NCBI RefSeq assembly: GCF_902652985.1 | Contig: NC_047029.1 | Coordinates: forward strand, 22,134,001 to 22,198,000 | DNA length: 64,000 nucleotides | Source of the DNA: Pecten maximus | Taxonomy: Eukaryota | Direction: 5' to 3' | Part shown: positions 12,700 to 24,261 of the stretch, piece by piece | Layout of the letters: each line of letters starts with the position of its first letter | How positions within the stretch are numbered: the stretch's first letter is position 1 | The notes under the pieces: model-generated | Seen by the model: the letters and a program-made list of their open reading frames with translations, nothing else | Databases searched by the model: none | What the model was told of the DNA's origin: nothing | Program-made: the position numbers and the translations under genes

Positions 12700-14060
12700 T
12701 CATAGGGTCAACACACAGGGACAAAATATCACAACATAAACACACGGGGAAAATATATCATAACGTAAACACACAGGGACAAAATATATCATTACATCAA
12801 CACACAGGGACAAAATATATCATAACGTAAACACACAGGGACAAAATATATCATAACGTAAACACACGGGGACAAAATATATCATAACGTAAACACACAG
12901 GGACAAAATATATCATAACATAAACACACAGGGACAAAATATATCATAACGTAAACACACAGGGACAAAATATATCATAACGTAAACACACAGGGACAAC
13001 ACGGGGACAAAATATATCATAACGTAAACACACAGGGACAAAATATATCATAACGTAAACACACAGGGAGAAAATATATCATATCGTAAACACACAGGGA
13101 CAAAATATATCATTACGTAAACACACAGGGACAAAATGTATCACAACGTAAACACACAGGGAGAAAATATATCAAAACGTCAACATACAGGGACAAATAA
13201 TTCATAACGTAAACACACAGGGACAAACTATATCGTAACGTAAACACACAGGGACAAAATATATCACAGCGTAAACACACAGAGAAAAAAATATATCATA
13301 ACGTTAACACACAGGGACAAAATATATATCATAACTTAAACACACAGGGACAAACTATATCGTAACGTAAACACACGGGGACAAAATACAACATAACGTA
13401 AACACACAGGGACAAAATATATTATAACGTCAACACACAGGGACAAAATATATCATAACGTTAACAGACGGGGACAAAATATATCATAACGTAAACACAC
13501 AGGGACAAAATATATCATTACATCAACACACAGGGACAAAATATATCAACGTAAACACACAGGGACAAAATATATCATAACGTAAACACACAGGGACAAA
13601 ATATATCACAACGTAAACACACAGGGACAAACTATATCATAACGTAAACACACAGGGACAAAATATATCACAACGTAAACACACAGGGACAAAATATATC
13701 ATAACGTAAACATACAGGGACAAAATATATCATAACGTAAACACACAGGGACAAAATATATCATAACGTAAACACACAGGGACAAAATATCTCATATCGT
13801 CAACACACAGGGACAAATATATCATAACTTAAACACACAGGGACAAAATACATCATAACGTAAACAAACGGGGATAAAATATATCATAACGTAAACACAC
13901 AGGGTCAAAATATATCACAACGTAAACACACGGGGACAAAATATATCAACGTTAACACACAGGGACAAAATATATTATTACGTAAACACACAGGGACAAA
14001 ATATATCACAACGTAAACACAGAGTGACAAAATATATCATTACGAAATACACCGGGAACA
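12700..14060. repeat. 31-bp minisatellite
   Basis: Unit atatatcataacgtaaacacacagggacaaa, more than 40 copies. Confidence 0.97.
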
Positions 14061-14189
14061 CATTGCACAACAGATGCATATACGCACAAAATATGTAAAC
14101 GAACAAACCGTAATTCCAATCCAAAATAGTTAACAAGTGAAATAGCCAGCACGTGACCAAAGGAATGCTTACATAGGAACCTTAAAGCA

Positions 14190-15184
14190 TATCAAGATTT
14201 TGAAGATTCTGGAGAGATGTTCTTAGGGCTTGGTATAGATTAGATGGCTCCAATAATATAGAAGTAATTAAAGGGAAGTCACTCTTGCAAACACCTGTAT
14301 GGTACAACAGTAGTATAACTATCAGTGGTAAATCTGTATTCTATCAACAGTGGTATGCAACAGGTGTTTATTTAATAGGATACTTTTTCAAAGATTATAG
14401 TACAAAAGCATTATTTTTGTATGATGAATTTATAAACAAATATAATATAAATACTTATTTCTTAAAATATAATGGATTAGTTACAGCAATTAGGAGATGT
14501 TTACAAGACTATCAAAATGAAGAGTTCAACATGTCCCGCCCAGTTCTAGCTACTTGTCTACATTGCTATCTTCTTAAAAAAGACCAAAGGTTCTAAATTA
14601 TTCTATGAATTGTTAAACAGTAAAAAACTTTAACAGCCAAGGGCAAGGAAAAGTGGGGTGAAGTTTTTAATTTCAATGATAAAGATTGGCTAAATATATA
14701 TGTACTGCCTTTTCAAAGTACTAAAAATTCGAAACTACAATGGCTTCAATTTAGAATCTCACATCATTTTTTAACCACAAACTCATTTCTTTTTAAAGCC
14801 AAGCTAGTAGATAGTCCTCTCTGTAATTTGTGCAACTCTGAGAGGGAAACCATTGAACATCTATTTTGGGAATGTGATCAAGTCCAAAACCTTATTCAGA
14901 GTCTTGATCTATTGTTGGAAGCCCTATTCATACCTTTTACATTAAATAAACAGACAATGCATTTTGGTAAGTTCAGTGATAACAATTTTGTACTATACAA
15001 AGTTGACAATCAAATAATTTTGCTAATTAAACAATATATCTTCAGAATGAGATGCCTTCACAAGACCCTGACTATTAATGCTCTGATTTACTCTTTATTT
15101 GATCATTACAAAGTTCAGAAATATATTTCTTGTAGTAAAGGGGAGAGGGCAAGAGACATGTTTGCAAATTTTAGAATGATATAA
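14190..15184 (+). mobile_element. L1/Tx1-like LINE ORF2 3' fragment (zf-RVT)
   Basis: Frameshifted ORFs including KLQWLQFRISH...CNLCNSERETIEHLFWEC. A possible A-rich tail lies near 15915-15948 beyond the gap. Confidence 0.85.
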
Positions 15185-15440
15185 TGTATGTAAAATCAGA
15201 GATAATGGATAATCCATTATTTATATGCCCTTGGTAAAAATAAGATTGTTCTTGTTTATCACTGACATTATAATTTTCAGATCACCAGTCCCTGACAAGG
15301 TCGTCATGTTCAATTTTTGTCAATTTTTCAAATAAAATAATTCAAAGTACCTGTATCCATCCTATTCTTTTCTTCCTTCTCTGCATTCCTTTCATACTCT
15401 TTACCAATCTTGGTTATAATTGAATTTAAACATTTTTTGA

Positions 15441-15570
15441 NNNNNNNNNNNNNNNNNNNNNNNNNNNNNNNNNNNNNNNNNNNNNNNNNNNNNNNNNNNN
15501 NNNNNNNNNNNNNNNNNNNNNNNNNNNNNNNNNNNNNNNNNNNNNNNNNNNNNNNNNNNNNNNNNNNNNN
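15441..15570. other. Assembly gap
   Basis: 130 N. Confidence 1.
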
Positions 15571-16516
15571 GTGTGCGTGGGGTGGGGATATTGTGTCTTT
15601 TTGTGTCTGCTTGTCCATATTATACAGATGTATGTATGTATGTATGTATGTATGTATGTGAAAGGGTGTGTGGATGTGCAATAGATTGTTGTAAAACAAT
15701 GATGATGACATATATGAGGATGATGATTTCATTTTGATGATATGATTATATTGATGCTAGAATAGATGATGTATGAATGTGAGGTGACTGATGATGATAC
15801 ATGTATATGAAGATGAGGAGAATGATGAGGATAATACTGTCACCGAATATGAATGAGTTGAGTCAGTTGGAATGAAAGTGTCTTTTATGTATAAATGTAT
15901 ATTAAATGCCTTCAAAAAAATAAAGATAATAATAATAAAAAAAAAAATATTTTGAGATTTCTGATTCTCGGTTATCAGTCCTCCGTTTAACATTTTAATG
16001 TAATATTCAGCAGTGATGTGTCCATAATGCAGAAATTGAGTTTTGTGACGTTTGAATGTTAGAAAAGTGTGGATAGAATGGAACAACAGTTTCTAACTAA
16101 ATGGAAACCTGTTTTAATGAAGCCGTTCATCCGTGTCACTGGTATAGGGATGATGTAGACGCCACCTGGCAATGTTTTATGTACACATATAACATGGAGC
16201 TGTGTCAAGTCAATATTGATCTTCACCACATACTGGAATAATAGACGCGTTAATTATGCATGAATGTCATTGGCGATCTAACTCAGCATAAGACCTTATA
16301 TCGTAAATGCAGGCATCGTTTATCGTTCCGTGAACAGTCAGTAACATCACAATTGTGGTTGGCCATAGCAGGTTTCTGCCCTTATTAAAAACTGGTTTAG
16401 GGTTCTGACAAGAAGACGAAAATGTAAATTGTTTAAGGACGGACGACGACGTACTAATGGCGATTGAAAAGGGTCGCTTGAGAGTTCGTCTCAGATGATC
16501 TAAAATTGTTGTTGCT

Positions 16517-16810
16517 ACATCTGTGCTGAAGGCTCAGCATCGCTCGTTATCAGTGTAATATGATCGCGTGGGGTGTCCTGCTGGATGTCTTCGGCAGTAT
16601 TCTTCAGTGAGGTAGCATTAATAAAGTAGGCATCAGGTTGTCTTGTGGTAGCACACAATCTAATTAAAATCTAGATGGTCTTTCCCACTACGCTACATGT
16701 TCATGTAACTTAGTGAGAATGACCATCTGGATTTTAATTAGATTGGGATAGCACAAGAAGACAAATGCGGATTTACCGTAGCCTCCCAGGACCACACGCC
16801 ACACGACTTA
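16517..16810 (+). mobile_element. SINE fragment with nested foldback MITE
   Basis: ggggtgtcctgctgg.tgtcttcggcagtat..ttcagtgaggtagca matches the SINE core. Confidence 0.7.
16656..16745. mobile_element. Foldback MITE
   Basis: caatctaattaaaatctagatggtc...gaccatctggattttaattagattg; ~10-bp TSD (8/10 match). Confidence 0.85.
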
Positions 16811-17739
16811 AGAGACTATAAGTTGGGCAAGCTGACCAAGTTGGGCAAGCTGACCAAGTGACCTGGCACTCATCCCGGATCTTCACCTGAAGTTCCATGG
16901 TGACAAAAACATATTATTACTAATGACAACTTGTCTTATTAGTTGACGATATAATTGGCGTTTCACAACCTAACTTTAATATGGTATTTTTTCATTTAAT
17001 CAAACAAAACTACTTACCATATGTTAGTGACAAATAAAAAAAATACAAGAAATATGTTTAGAGTCGTACAGCAAAACTGGTTGAGATAAGAGGTACCGGA
17101 TTTCCAAGGTCTATCAGTGCACAATGAATAGCTATATATGCACGCTTGTGATCAGATACCTGTTAGAGTTGCCGCCCCTTGGCAATAGTCCGACCGTCAG
17201 ACATAATCTGAGAGACAAGACGTATTTTTTTCCAAAATTTCTGACCGTCAGCCATAATCTGAGAGATAAAATGTAATTCTTTCCAAATACAGAAAATAAT
17301 AGGAAGACAATTTCTGGTAAACACTGTCAGATTGTGATTTATATTGCATCTCTAGTGTTGTGATGGGGAATTCTCGTTCTCGGTATCCATGCCATACCTT
17401 AATGAATTGTGATTATAATAAAAGACAAGTCTTAATTCAACAGACGCTAAATAAGTAATGATAAAACCATCATATTAATGATGATAATTATACGGAACGG
17501 GTGTCACAAAAACATTGAATAGTTTACAATACAGATCACTATACAAAATGACGTATAATATTCACATGTGAAGTGATGTTTTTTTTCTTCTTCTGGAAAT
17601 TATTTATCTATATTATATTTCATGTCTTTGTTTGGTAGTTTTGGATGTAATTATAAATAAAAAGTTCAAAACAATAGGTTGTTTTCTGATAGTTTTAATA
17701 AATAAGAAAATGTACACTGAAATGTGAATACATAAATAT

Positions 17740-18110
17740 CGTAAAATTCGCGCGTTAAGGCCAAGGGAGCGATGGACCGGGAATAACATTTTGAATATTA
17801 ATGTTTGATTTTAACTTTTTTTGCCGTCTTGGATTTCCTGAATAAGTTTCGTGCGTTGATCGTGCAAATGTGATAGTCACGGCATTAAACATCATTTAAA
17901 ATCATCTCACTTCAGATTTTAGACGCTCCAATCCAAGACAAAATAAAAGATTTTGTTGTATTAATCGATTATGTAATTCTCGTCAGACTGATTGCAATAT
18001 ATATATGATAAAGATGATATTGACGAGCTATCGTCTACACATATGAAAGAATATTAATAAAATATTGCAACTTCCGGTTTGACGTCCGTGCAGGATGTCG
18101 CCAATCGCGT
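17740..18110. promoter_or_regulatory. Possible promoter region
   Basis: Locally CpG-richer, with a YY1-like aaatccaagacggc (minus, ~17822-17836) and an ETS-like acttccggt (~18070). Motif-only evidence. Confidence 0.25.
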
Positions 18111-18499
18111 GATTCGTTGTATGGAGGCACATGTAGGGAAATACTCTCGAGGTTATGAGGTAGTATACTTGTATGAGTATTTGTACAAATGCATAATTGG
18201 TAACACACGGCAATTAATTGCGACAAAACGAAAATGGACAAAAACAATGAGAAATACGATTTGATAAAAAGCTGGAGAGTAATTACATAAACACAGAAGA
18301 ACATTAATGTTATCGAGGAAACCATTTCAATTGTCTTTTACTGTAAGTCTCAACATGTAGTGATCGCGATCTTCACATTCCACGTCCGCAAAAGGTCTAT
18401 ATTCTCTTTATACCGAGATCCTCGATCAGGTTAAAATACAGTATATGCACATATAAAGAATGAAGTACTCATATAATGTATATGAATTGTATGCGAATA

Positions 18500-18662
18500 A
18501 ATAGGCAACGTATTTAACGATACTGGCTTCGACAAACGTCTACAAAACTAGACCGCATTTTGCACACTTCGTCAGCAGTGAAAAGTTTCTGATAGTGTTG
18601 GTGTCATAACAGGCGTCTCTCGATGAATCCGTTTATATATCAGCCAGTCTTGTTACTGTAGC
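18500..18662 (-). other. Probable non-coding 3'UTR exon of the prodomain gene (left boundary arbitrary)
   Basis: Strong acceptor ctttctttctttcag| at 18663. All three frames stop within 30 nt. Confidence 0.5.
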
Positions 18663-18690
18663 CTGAAAGAAAGAAAGTCAAGATAAATAG

Positions 18691-19215
18691 TTTGGTTTAC
18701 TTTGTTTAACGTCCTATTAACAGCTAAGGTCATTTAAGGACGGCCTCCCGTGCGTGCGACATGAATGCGTGTGGTGAGTGAATATGTGTGTTTTTGGAGG
18801 CTGCGGTATGTTCGTGTTAAGTCTCCTTGTGATAGGCCGGGACTTTTGCCGATTTATAGTGCTACCTCACTGAAGCATACTGCCGAAGACACCCAGCAGG
18901 ACACCCCACCCGGTCACATTATACTGACAACGGGCGAACCAGTCGTCCAACTCCTTGTATGCTGAGCGCTAAGCAGGAGCAGTAACTACCATTTTTAAAG
19001 ACTCTGGTATGTCTCGGCCAGGGGACAGAACCCAAAGCCTTCCTCACGGGGGCGAACGCTCAACTAAAGGCCAAAAGTGAGGCAGTGTCAAGGGAGACGT
19101 TAGGAAGAAGAAAGTTGTTAAGAAAGAAGAGAAAGATAAGATCCCAAATTTAGTCGCCTCTTACGATCATGCAATGGGGGCAGCAGGTACGATTCTTACG
19201 CCCTACCTGCAGGGT
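18691..19215 (-). mobile_element. Full-length tRNA-derived SINE (Meta-domain-like core) with 14-bp TSD
   Basis: TSD gtcaagataaatag at 18677-18690 and 19216-19229. A/B-box-like head (tggcctttagttgagcg...ggttctgtccc), core taaaaatggtagt..gctcctgcttagcgctcagca, and an aaac-rich tail. Confidence 0.9.
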
Positions 19216-19652
19216 GTCAAGATAAATAGACATGTCCAGTTCTTGATTTCTTTTATAGTCTTTCATAATTCCCAAAATATACAACAGCTCCCTCTTGCTT
19301 GAATTCGTACATAATTACTCATTACTACAATTAATGATTTGCGCCAATAACGGTTTCTATATATAGTAATGTTCATATTTGCACTGATCTGTTCCAAAAA
19401 TAATGATCCGCTAAAATGTGTGTCCGCCAGAAATAACGACATGTAGAGTATGTATGATAACATTGACATAAATAAGTTCTAGGTTTTACAAATATTTTAC
19501 ATTCCCTGATGTAGATTATAAGCTATGCCCATCTGTTTAATGTCAGACCTTATTTTGAAATTTATAAAATCAAACCATCGACACAGGTACCATTGTAGTA
19601 TTTTAGTTAAATGCTATATATAACTTACGTTGATAACTGAATTCCTGCTGTT

Positions 19653-19834
19653 CTAACTGTCGTCGTAGAATTGTTGGATTAGTCTGGCTTTCTTCATCTG
19701 AGACTGTCGATGGGTCTCCTCAATACTCCTCTTCTTCCTGATGTCCATCACCGGGCGAGTCTGGGTCCACACCTCGAGGATTGGGGCACGGTAGCTGTTC
19801 ATCATAATCGGATTATGACCCAGGCATCCAACCT
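19653..19834 (-). CDS. TGF-beta prodomain-only gene, last coding exon (furin site + 24-aa tail)
   Basis: ttttcag| acceptor. Reads EVGCLGHNPIMMNSYRAPILEVWTQTRPVMDIRKKR/SIEETHRQSQMKKARLIQQFYDDS*. 'PILEV' matches the P.L.+ strand that precedes TGF-beta furin sites. The exon continues to a gtaagt donor at 19628. Confidence 0.85.
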
Positions 19835-20287
19835 CTGAAAATTATTTGATGAAAATTAATTTTCTTTATCAATGAGCGATGAGTAATTCAAATATCAACA
19901 TACAACTGATACATTAAGTTGATCAATTTCAGTTGGTGCCATACTCTATTTCATTTGTTTATTTATTGAAATACTAGTTTTAATTTATCTTACATATGCT
20001 TTAAGTACTCTGATTAAGTGACTCTTTGCAGAGAAATGAAGGCCGACAGTATGTGTGTTGGTTGGCAAGGGTATAACCAGGACAAACTTCAAATTAGCTA
20101 TGAATTAGTACCACAGCTCCTTTGCCTTTGTGCTACACAATGTGATATATTATTGCAAGTTGTGATTTTGTCTGTTTCTCTACAGAGACAGCCATGATCA
20201 ATCAAACCTATCGAAGTTCACATCATTGGTACTGTGTGTTGTGATTATTTCGGTATTTATGCATCAGTAGATGGAAGCATAACCAAC

Positions 20288-20512
20288 CTATATGAGACGA
20301 GCAATCTCCCTGTACGAACACGTTGTGCGCGTTGAAGTCCGTTATACGTCTGATTGGTGAGGAACTCTGCCATCTTTCCACTTTGATCTCCAGACCGTAC
20401 CGACGTCGGTGTCGCCTCATCCAGTCATTGACAGCGTCAGTCACATTAAAATGTATCCAACGTTCTTCTTCCCATTCCAGGACGTCTACATCTAACGTCT
20501 GCATACGAGGTC
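20288..20512 (-). CDS. TGF-beta prodomain-only gene, exon 5
   Basis: tgatag| acceptor, |gttggt donor, 225 nt, phase 1-1. Contains WIHFNVTDAVNDW...YGLEIKV, the hallmark prodomain motif W..FDVT.AV..W....GL.+.V. Confidence 0.92.
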
Positions 20513-21139
20513 CTATCAAACAGTAACAAAACAATTTGAGAAATGGTGGAAAAACGGAGAAAAAACAACAAAGGAAAACCATCGCAAAGATTAGGAGGGA
20601 ACAACATAGGAACGGTAAAAAGGGAAGAACATAGTAGAAATAGCACAGGATATAGTCGGTAGACGAAATCTAGCATTAGGTGGAGTCACCTGGGCGAACT
20701 AACTAACTACGGTAACCAGGGATACAATAATAGTAACAAGGGGACACAAAAGTAACAGTAACAAGAGAAACGCGCGCGAGACGTGTTACTTGGGAACACC
20801 AAACTTAAAAGGGGGAGGTTGTCTTCTTAACAAAAACAACCAGGAAGCATCATGACAGAGGCTACAAGGAAATATCAAAACAATAAAATTTATAACGTTA
20901 TGAACTTGGTTCCTACCCTGACTTCCCTGTTGATTCAAGGATAAGTGAATATAATTGACATTGACAAATCATCCAACACATGAAAATAGGAATAGTTTTG
21001 GTGAAAAGCTTACGAAATAGAAGTAGGAAAGGGCCAAAATGGAACCCAAACGGTGCATCCGATTTCAACGCGAATCAATGAAGCGTTTGTGTGAATATTT
21101 CTGTCGTTGATTTGTCCATTCGTATGGGGTGTTACTTAC

Positions 21140-21250
21140 GCCTCATTCTGTTGTGTCTGTTCGTCCGGCGTGGCCGGAGTGCTTGTAGGTACTGATTGAC
21201 CTCCACCAGCAGCCTCACGTCCTGATCATCATAAGCCGGACAGCCGCATC
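21140..21250 (-). CDS. TGF-beta prodomain-only gene, exon 4
   Basis: ttttcag| acceptor, |gtaagt donor, 111 nt, phase 1-1. Reads GCGCPAYDDQDVRLLVEVNQYLQALRPRRTNRHNRMR. Confidence 0.85.
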
Positions 21251-22454
21251 CTGAAAAAGAGCAAGAAAAGTGAATTCAGTCGTTTTACATATCCATCTTG
21301 TACTGGTGCACCGATGATAATTATGAAACGGTTTATTTTGTTTTGTTTGTAAGTGTTCAATGTTTTCGCAACAGCCGAGGTCATAAGAGGACAGGTGTCA
21401 AGGCGACACCTATTAGAGGAAAACACAGCATGGACAGAGAGAGCAGTCAGAAACAAAAGAAATTGTTAAGCCCCAAATGTTGCAATTGGACGGAAAATCT
21501 GTTCTGGTATCTTCGTTGTCATCTAAATCGAAGACAGAAGAAAATCCTTGATTCTTCACAGGCCCCACTTTTAGTCGCCTTGTACGATTAACATGCAGTA
21601 GGATACAGCGGGCATTCTTACTGGGTTCTCCAATGTCATCTGATCGGAAAACATTCGATAAACCACCCCCTACACAGCAGAGGGCTCCACCATTAGTCTC
21701 CTCTTAGGATATAAGAGATATAAGAGGCCAATTCTTGTCCCACTCCTGCTCGGGTTATGATCACAAGGTCAGGACTTATCTGCCATAAAATCGATGGAAA
21801 ATAAAGGTATTTTCTCTCGTTTATAGTGTGTACGCCGGCCCAAGTTTCATCAATATCCCTTGATTTAAGAAAATTACTTGAAATTTTCCACAGGAAAGCC
21901 CTGAAGAATTATACAATATAAGGAAAGTCCCTAGGATTTTTTTATTAAGTCATTTCATTTCTTTTTCTTTTTGCTATCGAAAGTTACAATGCAACACTTA
22001 AACGTGCGATGCTGATCTCAGGCAAATATAAGCGTAGTGGCCAACGAATCGCCTACCGAGAAAAGAATCAGAACTAGTAACAGTTGTAGAGAGTTTCAAA
22101 GTCCATTTTATATGATCTGTAGCAAAGTCAGCAAGAGCGGATAATTAACTTGTCGACTTGGATACATTGACCGTGGTGTTTTTAAATATATAAGCGACGG
22201 CACAGGAGTGGTGCATTATTATATCAATAGCAATATACGGAGATGAGTAAATAGTATGTATCTCCAACTAGTATATCTAAATCCGCAGAGTGTACAACAA
22301 AGCAAACATATACATTCACTTTTACTGTTGACGTACCTTTACGGTTAAACAAATACAAATAAAAGAATTAATGTATGTTGGTGGATTATATAAATAAAAA
22401 CTATACAAAACACACACAAGATATAAGTGTCTTCCAATAAGTTAGACACAATAG

Positions 22455-23070
22455 AGTCCGTGATGTAAGGGGGGCAAACAACCTCCTAAGTCCTTCTGGG
22501 ACTCGTCAGTGATGTTAGGGGGACCAACCACCTCATAAGTCCTTCTGGGACTCGTCAGTGATGTTAGGGTGATCACCCACCTCCTAACTCCTTCTGGGAC
22601 TCGTCAGTGATGTAAGGGTGATCACCCACCTCCTAACTCCTTCTGGGACTCGTCAGTGATGTAAGGGGGGCAAACAACCTCCTAAGTCCTTCTGGGACTC
22701 GTCAGTGATGTTAGGAGGACCAACCACCTTCTAAGTCCTTCTGGGACTCGTCAGTGATGTTAGGCGGATTAACCACTTTCTAGATCTAAGTCCCTCTGGG
22801 ACTCGTCAGTGATGTTAGGGGGACCAACCATCTCCTAAGTCCTTCTGGGAGTCGTCAGTGATGTTAGGGGCATTAACAACCTCCTAAGTCCGTCTGGGAC
22901 TCGTCAGTGATGTTAGGAGGACCAACCACCTTCTAAGTCCTTCCGGGACTCGTCAGTGATGTTTGGCGGATTAACCACTTTCTAGATCTAAGTCCCTCTG
23001 GGACTCGTCAGTGATTTAGGGGATCAACCACCTTCTAAGTCCCTCTGGGACTCGTCAGTGATGCTAAGGT
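22455..23070. repeat. 49-bp intronic minisatellite
   Basis: Unit tccttctgggactcgtcagtgatgttagggggaccaaccacctcctaag, about 12 copies. Confidence 0.95.
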
Positions 23071-23150
23071 CCTAAGAGATTCACTACACATCTCCAAAGT
23101 GTAATAAAACGGTAAAGTAAACATCATCAATACCTGTCAATATTTCTTAC

Positions 23151-23297
23151 CTAACCTGGTTCTTGCGAACAAACTCAGAGTCGCATTCTTAGCCGTGACG
23201 TCACCAGCTGGGAAGGTATCGACGTTGAAGAAAAGATGCATGGAATTGTCATCTGGGTGATTCCACATGTCTGGGTCAATAGCGTCAGGCAACAAAC
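23151..23297 (-). CDS. TGF-beta prodomain-only gene, exon 3
   Basis: taatag| acceptor, |gtaaga donor, 147 nt, phase 1-1. Reads CLLPDAIDPDMWNHPDDNSMHLFFNVDTFPAGDVTAKNATLSLFARTRL, with the arm-domain 'LxFxV...A.LxL' pattern. Confidence 0.88.
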
Positions 23298-24125
23298 CTA
23301 TTAACAAAGAATATGTGGCATACAGTCAATATCGTCAGGCAGAGGACCTATTATACAAAGATCGTGCTTCGTACAGTCAATATCATCAGACAGCGGACCT
23401 ATCATACAAAGATCATGCATCGTACAGTCAATATCGTCAAGCAGCGCACCTATTAAATGAAGATCATGTTTTGTTCAGCCAATAACGTCACGCCGCGCAC
23501 CTATTAAATATACGAGGGCTGATTGATAAGTTGCGAGCCTCGTATTGAAGAAGGAACTCAATGTTGTTCTTTTTAAGTCCTACTATTCCCTGACTATATA
23601 GGGCCGTGTACCCAAGGACTGGTCTCACTTGCTTAGTTTATATCGACGAGGTAGCACTCTCAAGTAAACAAGACAAGCGGCTTTTGGAAAATGGACAAAA
23701 TCGGCAAGGATTAGGATGAAAGAGTCTGTCATTGCAATGACTACCATTCACGATTGTGGCTTTAAATTGATTGAACATCCGCCTTAATTACCTGATCTCG
23801 CTCTATCAGACTTTCATCTGTTTCTAAAACCGAAAACAGCTATTTCAGGCACCCTAACCCTAACATGCAGTTGATGACTTTATGGACAGCCAAGAAAAGG
23901 AGTTCTGTAAAAGTGGCATTGAGACCCTTAAACACCGCTGGCAAAAGTGTATGGATACTGAAGGGGATTATTTTGAAAAATGATACAATATGTCCGGTAA
24001 AATTCAAATCCTCAATACGAGGTTCACAACTTATCAATCAGCCCTTGTAGACCATGTTTCGTAGTCTATAGCGTCAGGCAGCGCACCTATTAAATTAAGA
24101 CCAAGCTTCGTAAAGTGAATGATGT
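23283..24125. repeat. Degenerate ~51-bp array overlapping the exon-3 acceptor, interrupted by a mariner
   Basis: cgtcaggcag..cacctatta..aagatc...cgtacagtcaatat units at 23283, 23333, 23384 and onward, resuming after 24049. Confidence 0.8.
23513..24047 (+). mobile_element. Internally deleted mariner transposon
   Basis: TA flanks and ~37-bp TIRs (cgagggctgattgataagttgcgagcctcgtattga / tcaatacgaggttcacaacttatcaatcagcccttg). Remnants HPP*LPDLALSDFHLF (YSPDLAPSDF motif) and RWQKCMDTEGDYFEK*. Confidence 0.92.
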
Positions 24126-24261
24126 CAGAAAATAATGACAACAATACTGGTTGATATTTCTAGATATATTCTTAGGTAGGATGCCTTAAAACAACGGTTC
24201 ATGCAATTGCACATACTGGATGATAAAAATCTCTGGGAGTTCTGATATTAAGTTTCCTTTA

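Noticed and set aside
19629-19720. Alternative frame after RKKR (GDPSTVSDEESQ...SYQ, then RYSNKTG*) suggesting a frameshift hiding the ligand
   Set aside because: That frame also has no cysteines and stops 7 codons into the next exon, so a single indel would not restore a cystine knot.
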